The notes below the pieces were generated by a model. It saw nothing but the letters and a program-made list of their open reading frames with translations. It did not search any database and had not been told where the DNA came from. A stretch of DNA of 64,000 bases from Candidatus Marinacidobacterales bacterium (GTDB lineage: Bacteria; Acidobacteriota; Vicinamibacteria; Marinacidobacterales; SMYC01): contig OZ250169.1 of the NCBI GenBank assembly GCA_965237955.1, positions 4,064,001 to 4,128,000 on the forward strand. The letters run 5' to 3'. How positions within the stretch are numbered: position 1 is the stretch's first letter; every line of letters begins with the position of its first letter. The translations under genes were made by a program, and so were the position numbers. This document shows, one piece after another, positions 33,562 to 44,523 of this stretch.

Positions 33562-35562
33562 CGCGCCGGGATAACGGCGGCTACTATCTGGACGAAGAGC
33601 ACATCACGCTCGCGGAGACGCTGCAAGAGAACGGGTACCAGACCGGGGGCTTCGTCGCAGCCTTCGTCCTCGACTTGCGGTGGGGGCTCTCTCAAGGCTT
33701 CGATCGTTACTTCGACGATTTCGATTTCAAGCAATACGATCGGATCGCTCTCGACACGGTGCAGCGGCCGGGTGGAGAGGTGCTCGAAGAGGGCCTCCGT
33801 TGGATGGAGGACGTCAAGGATCCGTTCTTTGCGTGGCTCCACTTCTACGACGTCCACACGCCCTGGGATCCGCCCGAGCCGTATCTCAGCCGATACAGCG
33901 GCTACCGCGGGAGCCGCTACGACGGCGAGATCGCCCTATGTAGATGAATTGATGGGGCAGCTCTTCGACTGGCTCGAAGGTGCTGGACTCGAAGACGACA
34001 CCATCGTCGTCTTCATCGGCGATCACGGCGAGAGCTTGGGACAGCACCAAGAGAACACCCACGGTTTCTTCATCTACGACGCCACGATGCACGTCCCTTT
34101 CGTCCTCACAGCACCCTATCGCCAGATGCCGCGGGGGCATCGGGCGCGGGCTCAGGTGCGCACCATCGATTTGATGCCGACACTTCTGGAGCTCATCGGC
34201 TTAGAGACTCCCGAGCCGGTTCAGGGAACCAGCCTCGTTCCACTCGTGACCGGGGACACCGAGGACTTGGGTCTCATGGCGTACGGCGAGTCCTTTTACC
34301 CACGACACCATTACGGCTGGTCGGAGCTCAAGTCCGTTCGCAACGGCGCCCTCCACTACATCGATGCCCCGAATCCCGAGCTTCTCGACGTCGAGGCGGA
34401 TCCTCTTCAGAAGAACAACCTCGCGCGCCAAAGAGCCGCCACCGTCCGCCGGATGAAGACCGCACTCGGCGAGCTCGTCGAGGGCTTCGGCGCCGAGGGT
34501 ATCGACGAGAAAGGCCCCGAGACTCTCGATCAGGAAGCGCAGGCACAGCTCGCGGCACTCGGGTACCTGGGCGGCCCGTCTAAAGTGAAGATCCAACCCG
34601 ATCGACCTCTCGCCGATCCGAAGGACAAGATCGGACTCTTCAACCTCATCAAGGGTGCGGGAGTGGACTCGAGCGCGGGGAACGTCGCCGAAGCCATGGA
34701 AAAGATCGAGAGAGTTCTCATCGAAGATCCGGACATCCTCGAAGCTCGCAACATCATGGGAAACCTCCTGTCGAAAGAGAGCGAGCTCGAAAAGGCCCTC
34801 GGTGCCTACCAGGAGGCCTTGGCGCGAGACCCCGAGTACAAGCCCGCGCTCTTCGGCGTCGCTCTGACCTACAAGCAGCTCGGCCGCCCCAAGGATGCCG
34901 AGGCAGGCTTTCGGCGCATTCTCGATCTCGATCCGAGAGACAACCGTGCCTATTTCAACTTGGCTCGGATTTATGCCGATCGTGATGAGTTCGCCGACGC
35001 TCTGGATTTACTGAAGCAGGCCGCCGACACCGGGAGCGAACGGGCTCCCCTTCACAACCTCATGGCGGAGTGCTACATCGGCTTGAAGGAGCTCGACAAG
35101 GCGGAGGAGGCGGTCCACCGCGCGCTCGAGATCAACTCCGAGCTCGCGACGGCCCACTATAACCTCGCCCTCATTCACGAAGAGCGCGGCGACGTCGACG
35201 CCGCCATCCAGGCTTACGTCAAGGAAGTCGAGATCGTACCGAAGGATTTCAAAGCCCACTTCAATCTGGCGAAGCTCTACGGGAGTGTTGGAGAACCTCG
35301 AAGCATGAGAGATCACTTCGAGAAAGCCATCGAAGTGAACGAGGAGTTTGCGATCGGCCATCTCTATCTTGCAAAATTCTACCTCGACGCCGAGAACCTC
35401 GAAAAAGCGCAAGAGCTCGCCGAGAAAGGCATTGCCCTCGGCCCCGAGCCCTCGATGGCGCCGCTCGGCCATTACATCCTGGCCGACGTGTACAACCGCC
35501 TCGGCCGCTACCAAGACGCCGAGCGCGAGATCCAGACCGCCACGCGGCTCGAGGGATCTTAG
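33562..35562 (+). pseudogene. Sulfatase-like hydrolase + TPR, 5'-truncated, frameshift ~33936
   Basis: TLAETL..GYQTGGFV, WLHFYDVH, YDGEIA, GDHGESLGQH, QLAALGY, then TPRs. The N-terminal active-site motif is missing. Confidence 0.85.
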
Positions 35563-36364
35563 ACCGGTCTTCCATCCTATCGATAGGCTTGCCGTCGCTG
35601 AGCGGTGTGGCCGCCGCCTGATCGTGCGCGTGCTCGTGGCCGAGGGGATCGAGTGGTTCCTCGGGTACCCGCTCCGCCGGGTCGATGCGCCCGGCTAAAG
35701 ACGGCGGTCCAGAATCGCTTCGATGCCAACATTCGGCGGAACGCTGGTCGAGGTTGTGGCGGCGAGTGTTACCTACCTACCTTCCGTTGATGAAGGAGCT
35801 CATTAATAGTGATGCCCAGACCCGGCACCAGCTCACGGGAGCGTTTGGATCACGTTTGTCGAGAGGGTGTTCGCGCTCGAGTTGATGGAAGAAAGGCGGT
35901 GCTCTAGTCCCCCGGATCTTTGATTAGTGACAAAAGTCTAAACTAGCGTGCGTGGTCAAGGTTCGCTGAAAACAGAGGGAGAAGAGCTCACCGAGCTCGT
36001 TTGACTCCGGAGTGCCCCAGTGAAGCAGTGAAGCATGCGATGCTCGCCCGGCGCTCTCGTTTTTCCTCCGTGTGCAATACAGCTAGCAGCAAGCAATTCG
36101 CAAACTCCACGCCGTGGCGATCCCTCTGGTCGGGGCTCCGGGGTTGGAGACCGCGGGGGTGGCTGGGTGGCGGTGGAGTTCTACGCGACTCTGGACGTGA
36201 GAAAAAATCGCGTTTCCCAAGGGAGATGGGGATGGTTGGTCCACACTTCTGTCAACTAGGGGGTCGGGTCCGCGCGGTACGGATTCACCCGATATCGTAT
36301 CGGCGTTTCGTTGGTGCTCTATGACTAGCGCTTTAACAAGTCGGGCTGCGTGTGCTCAACGCGC

Positions 36365-37931
36365 TCACGTCGGCACGAGTGTCGATACCATCTTCGGCCT
36401 CCAGCGGAGGCGAATCCACTGCAAGATATCGTAGGTGAGGGCGACCCACAGAGATTCAGTGCGCACTTTGGCGACTCCGCGCACGCTAAACTGCCGCAGG
36501 CCGAACTTGGTTTTGATCCAGAGATTCGGAAACTCGGCCACCTGCGAGCGTGTCTTATAGATGGCCTTGGCTTCGTCGGTCTGCATCTTCTTCCGGAACG
36601 CGGCTATGTCGGGCAAGAGTTCGCGCCGCTCGATCGAGCGGCCGTGCTGCGTACGAGGACAACACTGCTCTTTGGCCGGACACGTCTGGCAGTCTTGCTT
36701 AGACGCCTTATATCGATAGCGCATCGTGCCATGGCTTTCCTGCTTGGCGTCGTAGCGTAAGTGCTTGCCCTGCGGGCACACATACGTGTTGGTCTGCGTA
36801 TCGAAGACAAACTTCGACGCCTCGTATTCCGCTTTCACGCCGTGGTGCTTATACGACTTGCGCCGATTGGCCTCTGCTGCCTTGTTCTCGTGGTCGGGGC
36901 CGACGAGATCGATGCCGCGCTTCGCCATCTCCGCGATGTTGTTGCTACTTAATGTAGCCTCCATCTACGACCATCTGCTCGGGCGCACGCTGCATGCTCT
37001 GCTCAATCCGTTCTATGGCCGGCGTCAGCTGCTGATAATCGCTACCGGCCTGCGTGGCATCGATGTCGACAATCAGGCCGTGTGCGGCATCCGTTGAGAC
37101 TTGGACGTTGTAGTTAGGTGCGGAGCCGCCCTCGGCTTGCTTCATCACCCGCGCGTCGGGATCGGTCGTGCTCACGCGGTCTATGCGGCTTTTCGCGGCT
37201 TTCAGCTTGTCATACTCCTTCAACGCTGATTCTAGACGATCCTGTCTCTCTCGCCTGGCGCGTTGCTGCGCTGCCTGCATCTGCCGGCTCGATTCCTCCT
37301 CCGTCTGGGCGTTGAGAGTCTCTACCGCCTCACGCGCCTGCTCCAGACACTCTTCGACCGTCGGCTTGCGGCGAAATCCACTCGACGAAGCGTTCGCGCG
37401 CACCTTCGTCCCATCCAGCATGACTCGCTCGAGCGTGATCAATCCGTCCGAACTCAGAACTCCCAGAGCTTGCACAAACAACTCGTCCAGGATCTCCCTA
37501 TGAATCATCCGAAAGTCCGACAGCGTGTGCGCACTGATGCTCTGCATTCCGCTGAGCCATTGATACGCCGGATGATGTTCGCACAGCCGCTCAACCGCGC
37601 GGGCCGAACTCACGGCTTGGCTGTAGCTGTAGACCCACAGGCTCACCAGTAGCTGAGGATCAAACGCAGGCCGGCCTGCGCCACCCGCGACCGAGCGGAC
37701 TTGATCCGTGTACCCGCTGAGATCCAGCCGACCCACGAACTCCCAGATCGCACGCGCTGGGTGATCCTCTGGGATCAAACGCTCCACGTCGACCGTCCGC
37801 AGCAGCAGCTGCGCCCTATCGACCACCTTCAACCGAGCTTGTGTCACGCGCGCTCCCTCATCGCCGTCATCACCATCGCTGCGTTTTCGCGGACTCGGAA
37901 AGCCTGGAAGTGACGTTTGCTTATCACCCAC
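36365..37931 (-). pseudogene. IS1182-family transposase, frameshift ~36949
   Basis: LIPEDHPARAIW, GRPAFDP, DGTKVRANAS, STTDPDARVMK, YNVQ, VDGGY, CPQG, YKTRSQVAEFP. Confidence 0.9.
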
Positions 37932-38127
37932 GTTTACCCCGCTTCCTCCCACGCTTTGCCTTAGGCGTCCGACGCACAATCAGTGTGTTTCGATCCTCCA
38001 CCACCCACTCCAGCTCCTCGCCTGGCTCCATCTCTAGCGCCTGGGCTAAAGGTGACGGGCAAATCACATAGAACTGACGGGTGTCGTTGGCTCGCTTGAT
38101 CACCTGCAGCTTTGTCACGTATCCCAT
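37924..38127 (-). CDS. AbrB/MazE/SpoVT-like small DNA-binding protein
   Basis: QFYVICPSPLAQALEMEPGEELEWVVED pattern, basic tail; stop overlaps the transposase GTG. Confidence 0.7.
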   Translation of the reverse strand: MGYVTKLQVIKRANDTRQFYVICPSPLAQALEMEPGEELEWVVEDRNTLIVRRTPKAKRGRKRGKRG

Positions 38128-38233
38128 GCTGGTCACTCCATAACATAGCTGTACCGCTAGTCGAACTTAATTTTTTCTCACGTCCTCCGTCTAGACGGAG
38201 CTCGTTCATCGGAGAAAGTCGAGCTGTGTGCCT

Positions 38234-38286
38234 TGACTCATGTGAGTCATGAGCTGTGGAAGAAATGTGGAAAAACCTGTGGATAC
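38234..38286. promoter_or_regulatory. Palindrome plus three DnaA-box-like 9-mers
   Basis: TGACTCA-TG-TGAGTCA; TGTGGAAGA, TGTGGAAAA and TGTGGATAC at 38255, 38266 and 38278. Confidence 0.45.
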
Positions 38287-38348
38287 CGGCGCACACTTGC
38301 GCGCCGAGGAGGATAGCGGTCGCCATCGCCGGCGGCCGTCGGCAGGTG

Positions 38349-39107
38349 TTAACCGTCGAGCCCCGCGGGATCGCACGCGCTCTGGATGAGCTCCTTGACC
38401 CGCGCCCAGACCTCCGGGTCACGGTCCATCCGGGCGTGGGGAATCCTGAAGGCGAGCTTCCACCAGGGGACACCGTCCAGTGGGATTTCGCTTCCGGGCG
38501 GCTCCGAGTAGTCGAAGCGCCAGTTTCCGAGGATACGGGTCGCCTCCGGATCTTCAGCCCGGATGGGGTGCTCGCCGTCGAGAAACCATCCGTCGGTCTG
38601 ATAAAGGTTCGCCGCGCTCCGCACGTTCGGAGGAATGAGCGCGTCGTCTCGCCCGACGCTGTCGACCTGGACGGTCAGCTCGATGGGGACGTCGAGCTCG
38701 TTCAGCTCATGTGCGAACTTGACGACGGCGGCGCCGCCGAAGCTCTGGCCGTAGACGACGAGCCGGACATTCTGGCCATTCTGGACTGTTCCGGCCTCTT
38801 GCACGTCGATCGCGCCGTCGCCGTTCCTGTCCAGAGCATCGCGAACGGCCTCGAGGGCGACGCTACGTCGTCGGTTCTCGAACGTCTCGGCGAGGCGGCC
38901 TTCCGAACGGAGCTCCAAGGCGAGCTGCCGCACGCCCTTGCTCGAGTCGTCCCAGGCGTCGCGTCCTCCCAGAAACCCGATCACGAGACAGGAGTTCTCG
39001 GGGACCGGTCTTGGAATCTCGATGTCCGCGATCTGGATGCCGCCTCCACACCCGGAGGCCACTAGAAGCGCGATGGAGGCCACAGCACGTCGCGGATGGA
39101 AGCTCAC
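38349..39107 (-). CDS. Putative lipoprotein, alpha/beta-hydrolase-like
   Basis: ASGC lipobox-like, YGQSFGG elbow, VQVDSVG, EF-hand-like DRNGDGAIDVQE. Confidence 0.65.
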   Translation of the reverse strand: MSFHPRRAVASIALLVASGCGGGIQIADIEIPRPVPENSCLVIGFLGGRDAWDDSSKGVRQLALELRSEGRLAETFENRRRSVALEAVRDALDRNGDGAIDVQEAGTVQNGQNVRLVVYGQSFGGAAVVKFAHELNELDVPIELTVQVDSVGRDDALIPPNVRSAANLYQTDGWFLDGEHPIRAEDPEATRILGNWRFDYSEPPGSEIPLDGVPWWKLAFRIPHARMDRDPEVWARVKELIQSACDPAGLDG

Positions 39108-39220
39108 GGCCTCTATGTTAGCGTCGGCCCCCTGCTCGAGGCGAGACGGAATTCACTTTGGCGGTGTCGCCCGTTGTATGCCGACTAGAATCGGACGTTT
39201 CTAAACGACAAGGACGTCCG

Positions 39221-39490
39221 ATGTTTTCGAAGACCGCTTGCACCTGCCTGCTTGCGAACGGGTTCTCACTCGCTGCCGCGGCGCCCGCCGTTGCGCAGAA
39301 ACCCAAGATCGCGGTTTTCTCGGGCCCGACGGCCACGATCCAAAACAGCGAAGCACTCGTGTTGATGGCTTGCCTCATGAAGTTCGGTAGCCTGCCGGTC
39401 CCGTCGGACCCGGAGCATCCGACCGAGAGAGAGCTCGGCGCCATTCGGACGACGGTCACGTTATATCAAGCGGTGTTCGACTCGCACTGA
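39221..39490 (+). pseudogene. Asparaginase-like gene reduced to its N- and C-termini
   Basis: Signal peptide and KPKIAVFSGPTATIQNS fused in frame to LMACLMKFGSLP..YQAVFDSH. Confidence 0.55.
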
Positions 39491-39509
39491 ACGATACCGC
39501 TCGAATCCG

Positions 39510-41072
39510 TTACGGTTCGCCGGCAAGCGCGGGGGTTGTCGCCGGTGGACGGCGGCGGTGCGTCCCCTGCTCATACGCGTACGCGTACCGGATGAGCAGC
39601 CCTTCGGTAAACGGCCTTCCCATTAGCTCGAGCCCTACGGGAAGTCCAGCGCTGGTGAAACCCGCGGGTACAGTCAGCGCGGGGAATCCGATGACCGGGC
39701 TCAGATAGCGGTTGTTACCGATGCCGTAAGCGTCTTCGGTGTTGGCGTTCGTCGTCGCATCCGGCGCAATCAGACTCGTCTCGTGATCGAACGTCGCGTA
39801 CACGAGCACGTCGAGATCGTGGTCTGCCATCACCATCAGGATGCTACGTCGAAGCTCTTCTTTTGCCTGAAGCACTTGAAAATGTTCGTGTTCATCGGCC
39901 GCTCTTCCAACCACGTTCATCAGACCACGGGCGCGCCAGGGTGTGACCTTGCCGATCAGTAGGATCTCCTGAAGCGTTTTGACCGGCGCGTTGGAATGAT
40001 CAGCCAGATACTCGTCCATGGCGTGCTCGGTGGCGAAGTTGTCGCTGACATAGGTTGGGTCGGCCAAAGCGAGTTGGGGGACGGTCAGTGGATCGACCAC
40101 GTCAGCCCCGAGTGATCTCAGATCGCCAATGGCTCGATCGATGACCGTACGAACCCTCTTGTAGTCTTCGGAAGCGGGGTCCGCCTTTGGATCCATCGGC
40201 TCGCGCACGACCCCGATGCGGGCACCGTTCAAGCCATCCTCTCGGAGAAACGCGGTGTACGTATCGGGCACGTGGTTCACCGAGTACGCGGTGATGGGGT
40301 CGTTCGCATCGTAGCCAGCGACAACATCTAGAAGAATCGCGGCATCTTGGACCGTGCGCGTCATCGGTCCCAACGTGTCGTTTGCCGGGTTTGCCGGCAT
40401 CATGCCGTAACGGCTCACCAGCGGCGTAGTGGGTCTCAAACCGACCAGGCTATGGACGGCTGCAGGACCACGGATCGAACCGCCGGTATCTTCTCCAATG
40501 CCGATCATCCCGAAGTTGGCAGCAACCGCCGCACCGGTGCCACCCGAAGAGCCGCTCGGGTTGCGAGCCGGATCGTAAGCGTTTCGAATCATCCCGTAAG
40601 CGGAGCCAACGTAGCGAGACGCAAACTCACCCATTGCGGTCTTGGCCAGAATGATGGCGCCAGCGTTTTTCATGTTGATAACGATGGTGGCGTCCCTTTG
40701 GGGGACGAAGTCCTCGAAGATGGCCGAGCCGTACGTCGTCGGCATGTCGCTCGTCTCGACCTGGTCTTTGAGGAGAACCGGGATGCAGTGCAACGGCCCA
40801 GCGAGTCCCGACGACTCGAAGGCCGCGTCGAGCGCGTCCGCCTCCACGAGTGCGCGCGGGTTGATGAATTGAACCGCGTTCAGATTGGGCCCCTTGCGGT
40901 TGTAGGCCTCGATGCGGTCCAGGTAAAGCTGCACGAGCTTGCGGCAGGTGATGTGGCCCGCGCTCAGCGCCCCGTGGACGTCGTCAATGGTCGCCTCGGC
41001 AAGACGAAACTCCTGCGCGCTCGCGACGCTCGCAACCAGAAGCCCGGCAACGATCCATGACCGAAAACGCAT
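39510..41072 (-). CDS. Exported amidase-signature enzyme
   Basis: LLKDQ, PSGSSGGTG, GEDTGGSIRGPA; signal peptide. Confidence 0.92.
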   Translation of the reverse strand: MRFRSWIVAGLLVASVASAQEFRLAEATIDDVHGALSAGHITCRKLVQLYLDRIEAYNRKGPNLNAVQFINPRALVEADALDAAFESSGLAGPLHCIPVLLKDQVETSDMPTTYGSAIFEDFVPQRDATIVINMKNAGAIILAKTAMGEFASRYVGSAYGMIRNAYDPARNPSGSSGGTGAAVAANFGMIGIGEDTGGSIRGPAAVHSLVGLRPTTPLVSRYGMMPANPANDTLGPMTRTVQDAAILLDVVAGYDANDPITAYSVNHVPDTYTAFLREDGLNGARIGVVREPMDPKADPASEDYKRVRTVIDRAIGDLRSLGADVVDPLTVPQLALADPTYVSDNFATEHAMDEYLADHSNAPVKTLQEILLIGKVTPWRARGLMNVVGRAADEHEHFQVLQAKEELRRSILMVMADHDLDVLVYATFDHETSLIAPDATTNANTEDAYGIGNNRYLSPVIGFPALTVPAGFTSAGLPVGLELMGRPFTEGLLIRYAYAYEQGTHRRRPPATTPALAGEP

Positions 41073-41130
41073 CGTTCACCTCCCGGTGGAACCGTGCCAT
41101 CTTAGGGGTAGCGAGGAGGGGAGGCAACCT

Positions 41131-41380
41131 CTAATAGACGACATCCATCACCCAGATATCGCCGAGGTTTTCTTGCCAGACGAAGTAGAGGTAGTTCCGT
41201 CGGTGGCGAGCGCACTCCGGCCCATCTGGCCCATACGGCCGCTGAGATCGGCCATGGGTTGCTCGGAACCGTCGTCGAGCGAGACGGCCCAGATGTCACC
41301 GGCGCGATCGTCCGTGGCGATGAAGTAGAATTCATCCATCTGAATTCCCATGAGCTGGCTCTGGTCACCATGTAGACCAA
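41131..41380 (-). pseudogene. C-terminal remnant of a PD40-type propeller protein
   Basis: GDIWAVSLDDGSE..ALATDG then, shifted, YLYFVWQENLGDIWVMDV. Confidence 0.5.
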
Positions 41381-41539
41381 GCCAGCTCCATCCGGAAACC
41401 AAATGGGAAGGTAATCTTCGGTTTGCGTCGAACGTTAGCTGTTGGGCGTTCGCGAGTCGGGTGAGAGGTTAGTCGCGTGAGCTTACCTGGACGAACAACT
41501 CGCCAGTTTTAGGACTCAGCTCAGGAAGCCCAGGGTGCG

Positions 41540-41893
41540 CTTGGATTCTCTCGTCGCCGGAGACGCGAGCTTCATCGTTAGAGGATATGACGAGTACTCG
41601 GGTGGCCTCACCGAGGCGCATCCCGGCCTCGTTCGTACCGAGCACGAAGTCAGGATGACGACGGACCCACGCACCAAGGGTAATGACGACGTCCAGTCAC
41701 CGTGTCTTGTTGGAAGTCTCCGCCAGGTGGCATGAACAGAAGCCTCCCGTCGACATACTCGAGGCTTCCTGCGACCTTCGGCCAGGTTTCGAGCTTGTTG
41801 GCGTCGAACCGGGCGGGAGGCACCATCTCTACCGGGAAACGGACGGCCCTCGGCAGCGAGATGACTTCGTCATAGCGTGAAATCGTCGACATT
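41540..41893 (-). pseudogene. Uma2-family endonuclease remnant
   Basis: LEYVDGRLLFMPPGG..QQDTV, shifted GTNEAGMRLG; internally deleted. Confidence 0.6.
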
Positions 41894-41958
41894 TGAGTAG
41901 ATCTTGGCACGGTCGGGAGCTTACGGCAACACGGTGACGCTGGTGACGGCGTCTACGT

Positions 41959-42182
41959 TCACGGGGCCGTATATGTGCGGGAACATCTCGCCCGGCTCTC
42001 CCTCTTCGTAGCGTATTTTTCGCTCGTTAGCCGTTCGACGTTGATCTCGAGGATGATGAGGCCGGAGTTGCCTGGCCTTCGTTCGAGCAGTGGATGAATC
42101 CCTCCGTCTCGAGAGATTCGTGTCGGTACGAGCCGGTAGCCTTCTGCTGCTCCCAAACCTGGAGCGTGGTGATGTGAAACAT
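41959..42182 (-). pseudogene. DUF952-family remnant
   Basis: FHITT..W..SLETEGFIHCS, later FPHIYGP in another frame. Confidence 0.7.
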
Positions 42183-42190
42183 TCGTGCGT

Positions 42191-42685
42191 TCATTCGAGC
42201 TCCCGTGGGCGCCAGAGGTTTTTGAGCTTCACCTCGACGCCGAGCTCGAGCTTGCGCCAACTGTCGATTTTGAGCTCGAATGCGGCGAGCGCGGCGGTGG
42301 GGAAGGGCTCCTTCTGTCCCGACAGCATGTTCACGAGATCCTCCATGCCGGGGTTGTGACCGATGAGCATGATGCGGCCCAGTGTCTCCTCGGTCCGCTC
42401 TTGCGCGTATCGCAAGATCTCACCCGCCGTCGCGAGATAAAGCTCGTCGGTCAGAGTAATCTCGCCGGCGTAGCCACAGGCTTCGGCAGCGGCTTCCGCC
42501 GTACTCCGCGCACGCACGGCCGTCGACGACACGACGAGGTCAGGCACCATGTTTTTCTCGCGCAGCAGGTGGCCCATGAGCGGCGCGGTCTTCTTGCCGC
42601 GCTTGTTCAGCGGCCGGTCGTGGTCGGTGAGACTCTCGTCCTTCCAACTCGATTTGGCATGTCGCAGAAGCAAGAGCGTTTTCAT
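42191..42685 (-). CDS. SixA-like histidine phosphatase
   Basis: LLRHAKSSW..DHDRPLNKRG, SSTAVRARST, IGHNPG. Confidence 0.9.
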   Translation of the reverse strand: MKTLLLLRHAKSSWKDESLTDHDRPLNKRGKKTAPLMGHLLREKNMVPDLVVSSTAVRARSTAEAAAEACGYAGEITLTDELYLATAGEILRYAQERTEETLGRIMLIGHNPGMEDLVNMLSGQKEPFPTAALAAFELKIDSWRKLELGVEVKLKNLWRPRELE

Positions 42686-43573
42686 GCAGCCCATCTTTTC
42701 TTCGCGGACGACACGATCTTCGGGACGAGAAAGCTCACCCAAAGTCCAATCGCCGCGAAACGCGCCCAGAGGTAGAGATGATAGTAAAAGGATTCGCTCC
42801 CGGGAGAAAGTAGCCGTAGGAGAAAGTAGAGAACCGGCAAGCCGAGAAGCCCCACGATGAACCAAGACCGCCGGTTGTGAGATCGCTCGCCCTCGGGGTA
42901 GAGGCCCTTGTGGTAGGCGAACGCAAGACCACCGAGCGCCCCGGCGAGACCGCCCATGGCGATGGCGGCGTTTCGCGACGGATGGATGAGCGCTAGCAGC
43001 GCCGGCGCCCCGAGTGAGAGGAGCGTTTGCGAGCTGAGCTCGAGTCGACTCGCCCAATCGGCCACCGGCCCGAACCAGCGCGCGTAGCTCCACGCGATCG
43101 CGGCGCCGAGTGTCCAGCCGACGACAACGTCGCTCGGGAAGTGAACGCCAAGGTAGACCCTCGAGAACCCGATGAGGAAGACTATGGTGGCGGCGAGAGC
43201 ACTGAACCATCGTTTTCGAAAGTGAAGCGCGAGAAGCCCCCAGAACATCGCCGCCTGCTGGGCGTGGCCGGCTCGGGAAGCTGTACTCGTTCGGGGTCCT
43301 GAGATTCGATACGTCGTCCGTGTACACGAAGGGACGCGGCAAAGCCGCGACGTCCTTGATGAGCGAGTTCAAATAGACACTGAGAACGAGCGCGACGAAG
43401 ATCCTCGCGCCGAGCTTCCACGAAAAGCCCCACCAGATGATGGGCAATATGAGCAAGTAGCCGACCGTCGAGCCGAGATCGGTCACGACCAAGAGAAAGC
43501 TCGTCAGAGCGGGAGAGCGGTACGCTTCGAGCCAGTGGATGATCTCGACGCCGGCGTCCAGGATCTCAGTCAC
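42682..43573 (-). CDS. PAP2-family membrane phosphatase (frameshift ~43270)
   Basis: K..LPRP, FPS/GHA split by an extra C, SRVYLGVHFPSDV. Confidence 0.85.
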
Positions 43574-44495
43574 CGCTCAGGATTCGCCGGTAGACTTCGG
43601 GGTCGACGTTGCCGCCGGTCACGACACAACATACAGAGCGATCGCGAAAGAGCTCCGACTGCGTCAGAAGAGCTGCCACCGCGAGCGCGCCCGTCGGCTC
43701 GGCTTTGAGGTTGGCTCGGACGAAAAGAAGCCGCACGGCCTCCTCGATATGCTCGTCCGGCACTTCGACAATCGTCTCGATGCCGTCCTTCAAGATGGCC
43801 CAGTTGTGCTCACCCAGGCTTACCGTGCGAGCGCCGTCGGCGATGGTGAGTGGCTCCGTTTCGTTCTTTACGATGTGACCGGCCTTTAGCGAGCGCGCTG
43901 CGTCGTTTCCCAGGAGCGGCTCGGCGCCGATGACTCGAGTCGTGGAGTTGCCGGAATCGCGAAGCCCTTGAATGAGGCCGGAGCTCATGCCGCCCCCGCC
44001 GACGGGCACGACGATGGTGTCGAAGTCGAGCGATGCGAGCTCCTCGCCCAAGGTCGCGTTCCCGTCGATCACCCTGGGGTCGTCATAGGCGCTTACGACC
44101 ACCGCATCGGGGTGCTTCTCAGCGAGCTCGTCTACTTTCTCTGCACGGCTTTGGACGGTGACGTCGACCGGCTCGACGCGTCCGCCGTGCTCACGGACGG
44201 CGTCCATCTTGACTTGGGCCGACGTCTCCGGCATTACCACGATGGATTTCTTGCCGAGAAGCTTGCACGCGTAGGCGAGCGCTTGTCCGAAGTTGCCGGA
44301 CGACGCTGTCAGGATCGTGTCTCTTTCGATGTGGGCCACGAGGTTGTAGGCGGCTCGGAACTTGAAGCTCCCGGTGTGCTGGAACGTCTCGCTCGCGAGT
44401 CGGAGCGAGACGCCTAAATGCGTTTCGAGGCGGCGCGGCTCGATGAGGGTCGTCGGGCGGATGACATCGCGTACATTCTCGGGTTTCTCGGTCAT
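43566..44495 (-). CDS. PLP-dependent threonine/serine dehydratase-like enzyme
   Basis: TGSFKFRAA, SSGNFGQA, PVGGGG, TIADGA, TGGN. Confidence 0.9.
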   Translation of the reverse strand: MTEKPENVRDVIRPTTLIEPRRLETHLGVSLRLASETFQHTGSFKFRAAYNLVAHIERDTILTASSGNFGQALAYACKLLGKKSIVVMPETSAQVKMDAVREHGGRVEPVDVTVQSRAEKVDELAEKHPDAVVVSAYDDPRVIDGNATLGEELASLDFDTIVVPVGGGGMSSGLIQGLRDSGNSTTRVIGAEPLLGNDAARSLKAGHIVKNETEPLTIADGARTVSLGEHNWAILKDGIETIVEVPDEHIEEAVRLLFVRANLKAEPTGALAVAALLTQSELFRDRSVCCVVTGGNVDPEVYRRILSGD

Positions 44496-44523
44496 CGCGG
44501 TGCAATCTTATACTATGGCCGCG

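Larger units (their letters stand above)
36193..38185 (-). mobile_element. IS1182-type element with two genes
   Basis: Perfect 16-bp IR GGACGTGAGAAAAAAT (36193-36208) / ATTTTTTCTCACGTCC (38170-38185). Confidence 0.85.

Noticed and set aside
35904-35947. Possible IS terminus in an AT-richer patch
   Set aside because: No partner inverted repeat or transposase found.
42191-43573. 460-aa PAP2-SixA fusion in the ORF track
   Set aside because: Artefact of the frameshift at about 43270; SixA has its own ATG overlapping the PAP2 stop.
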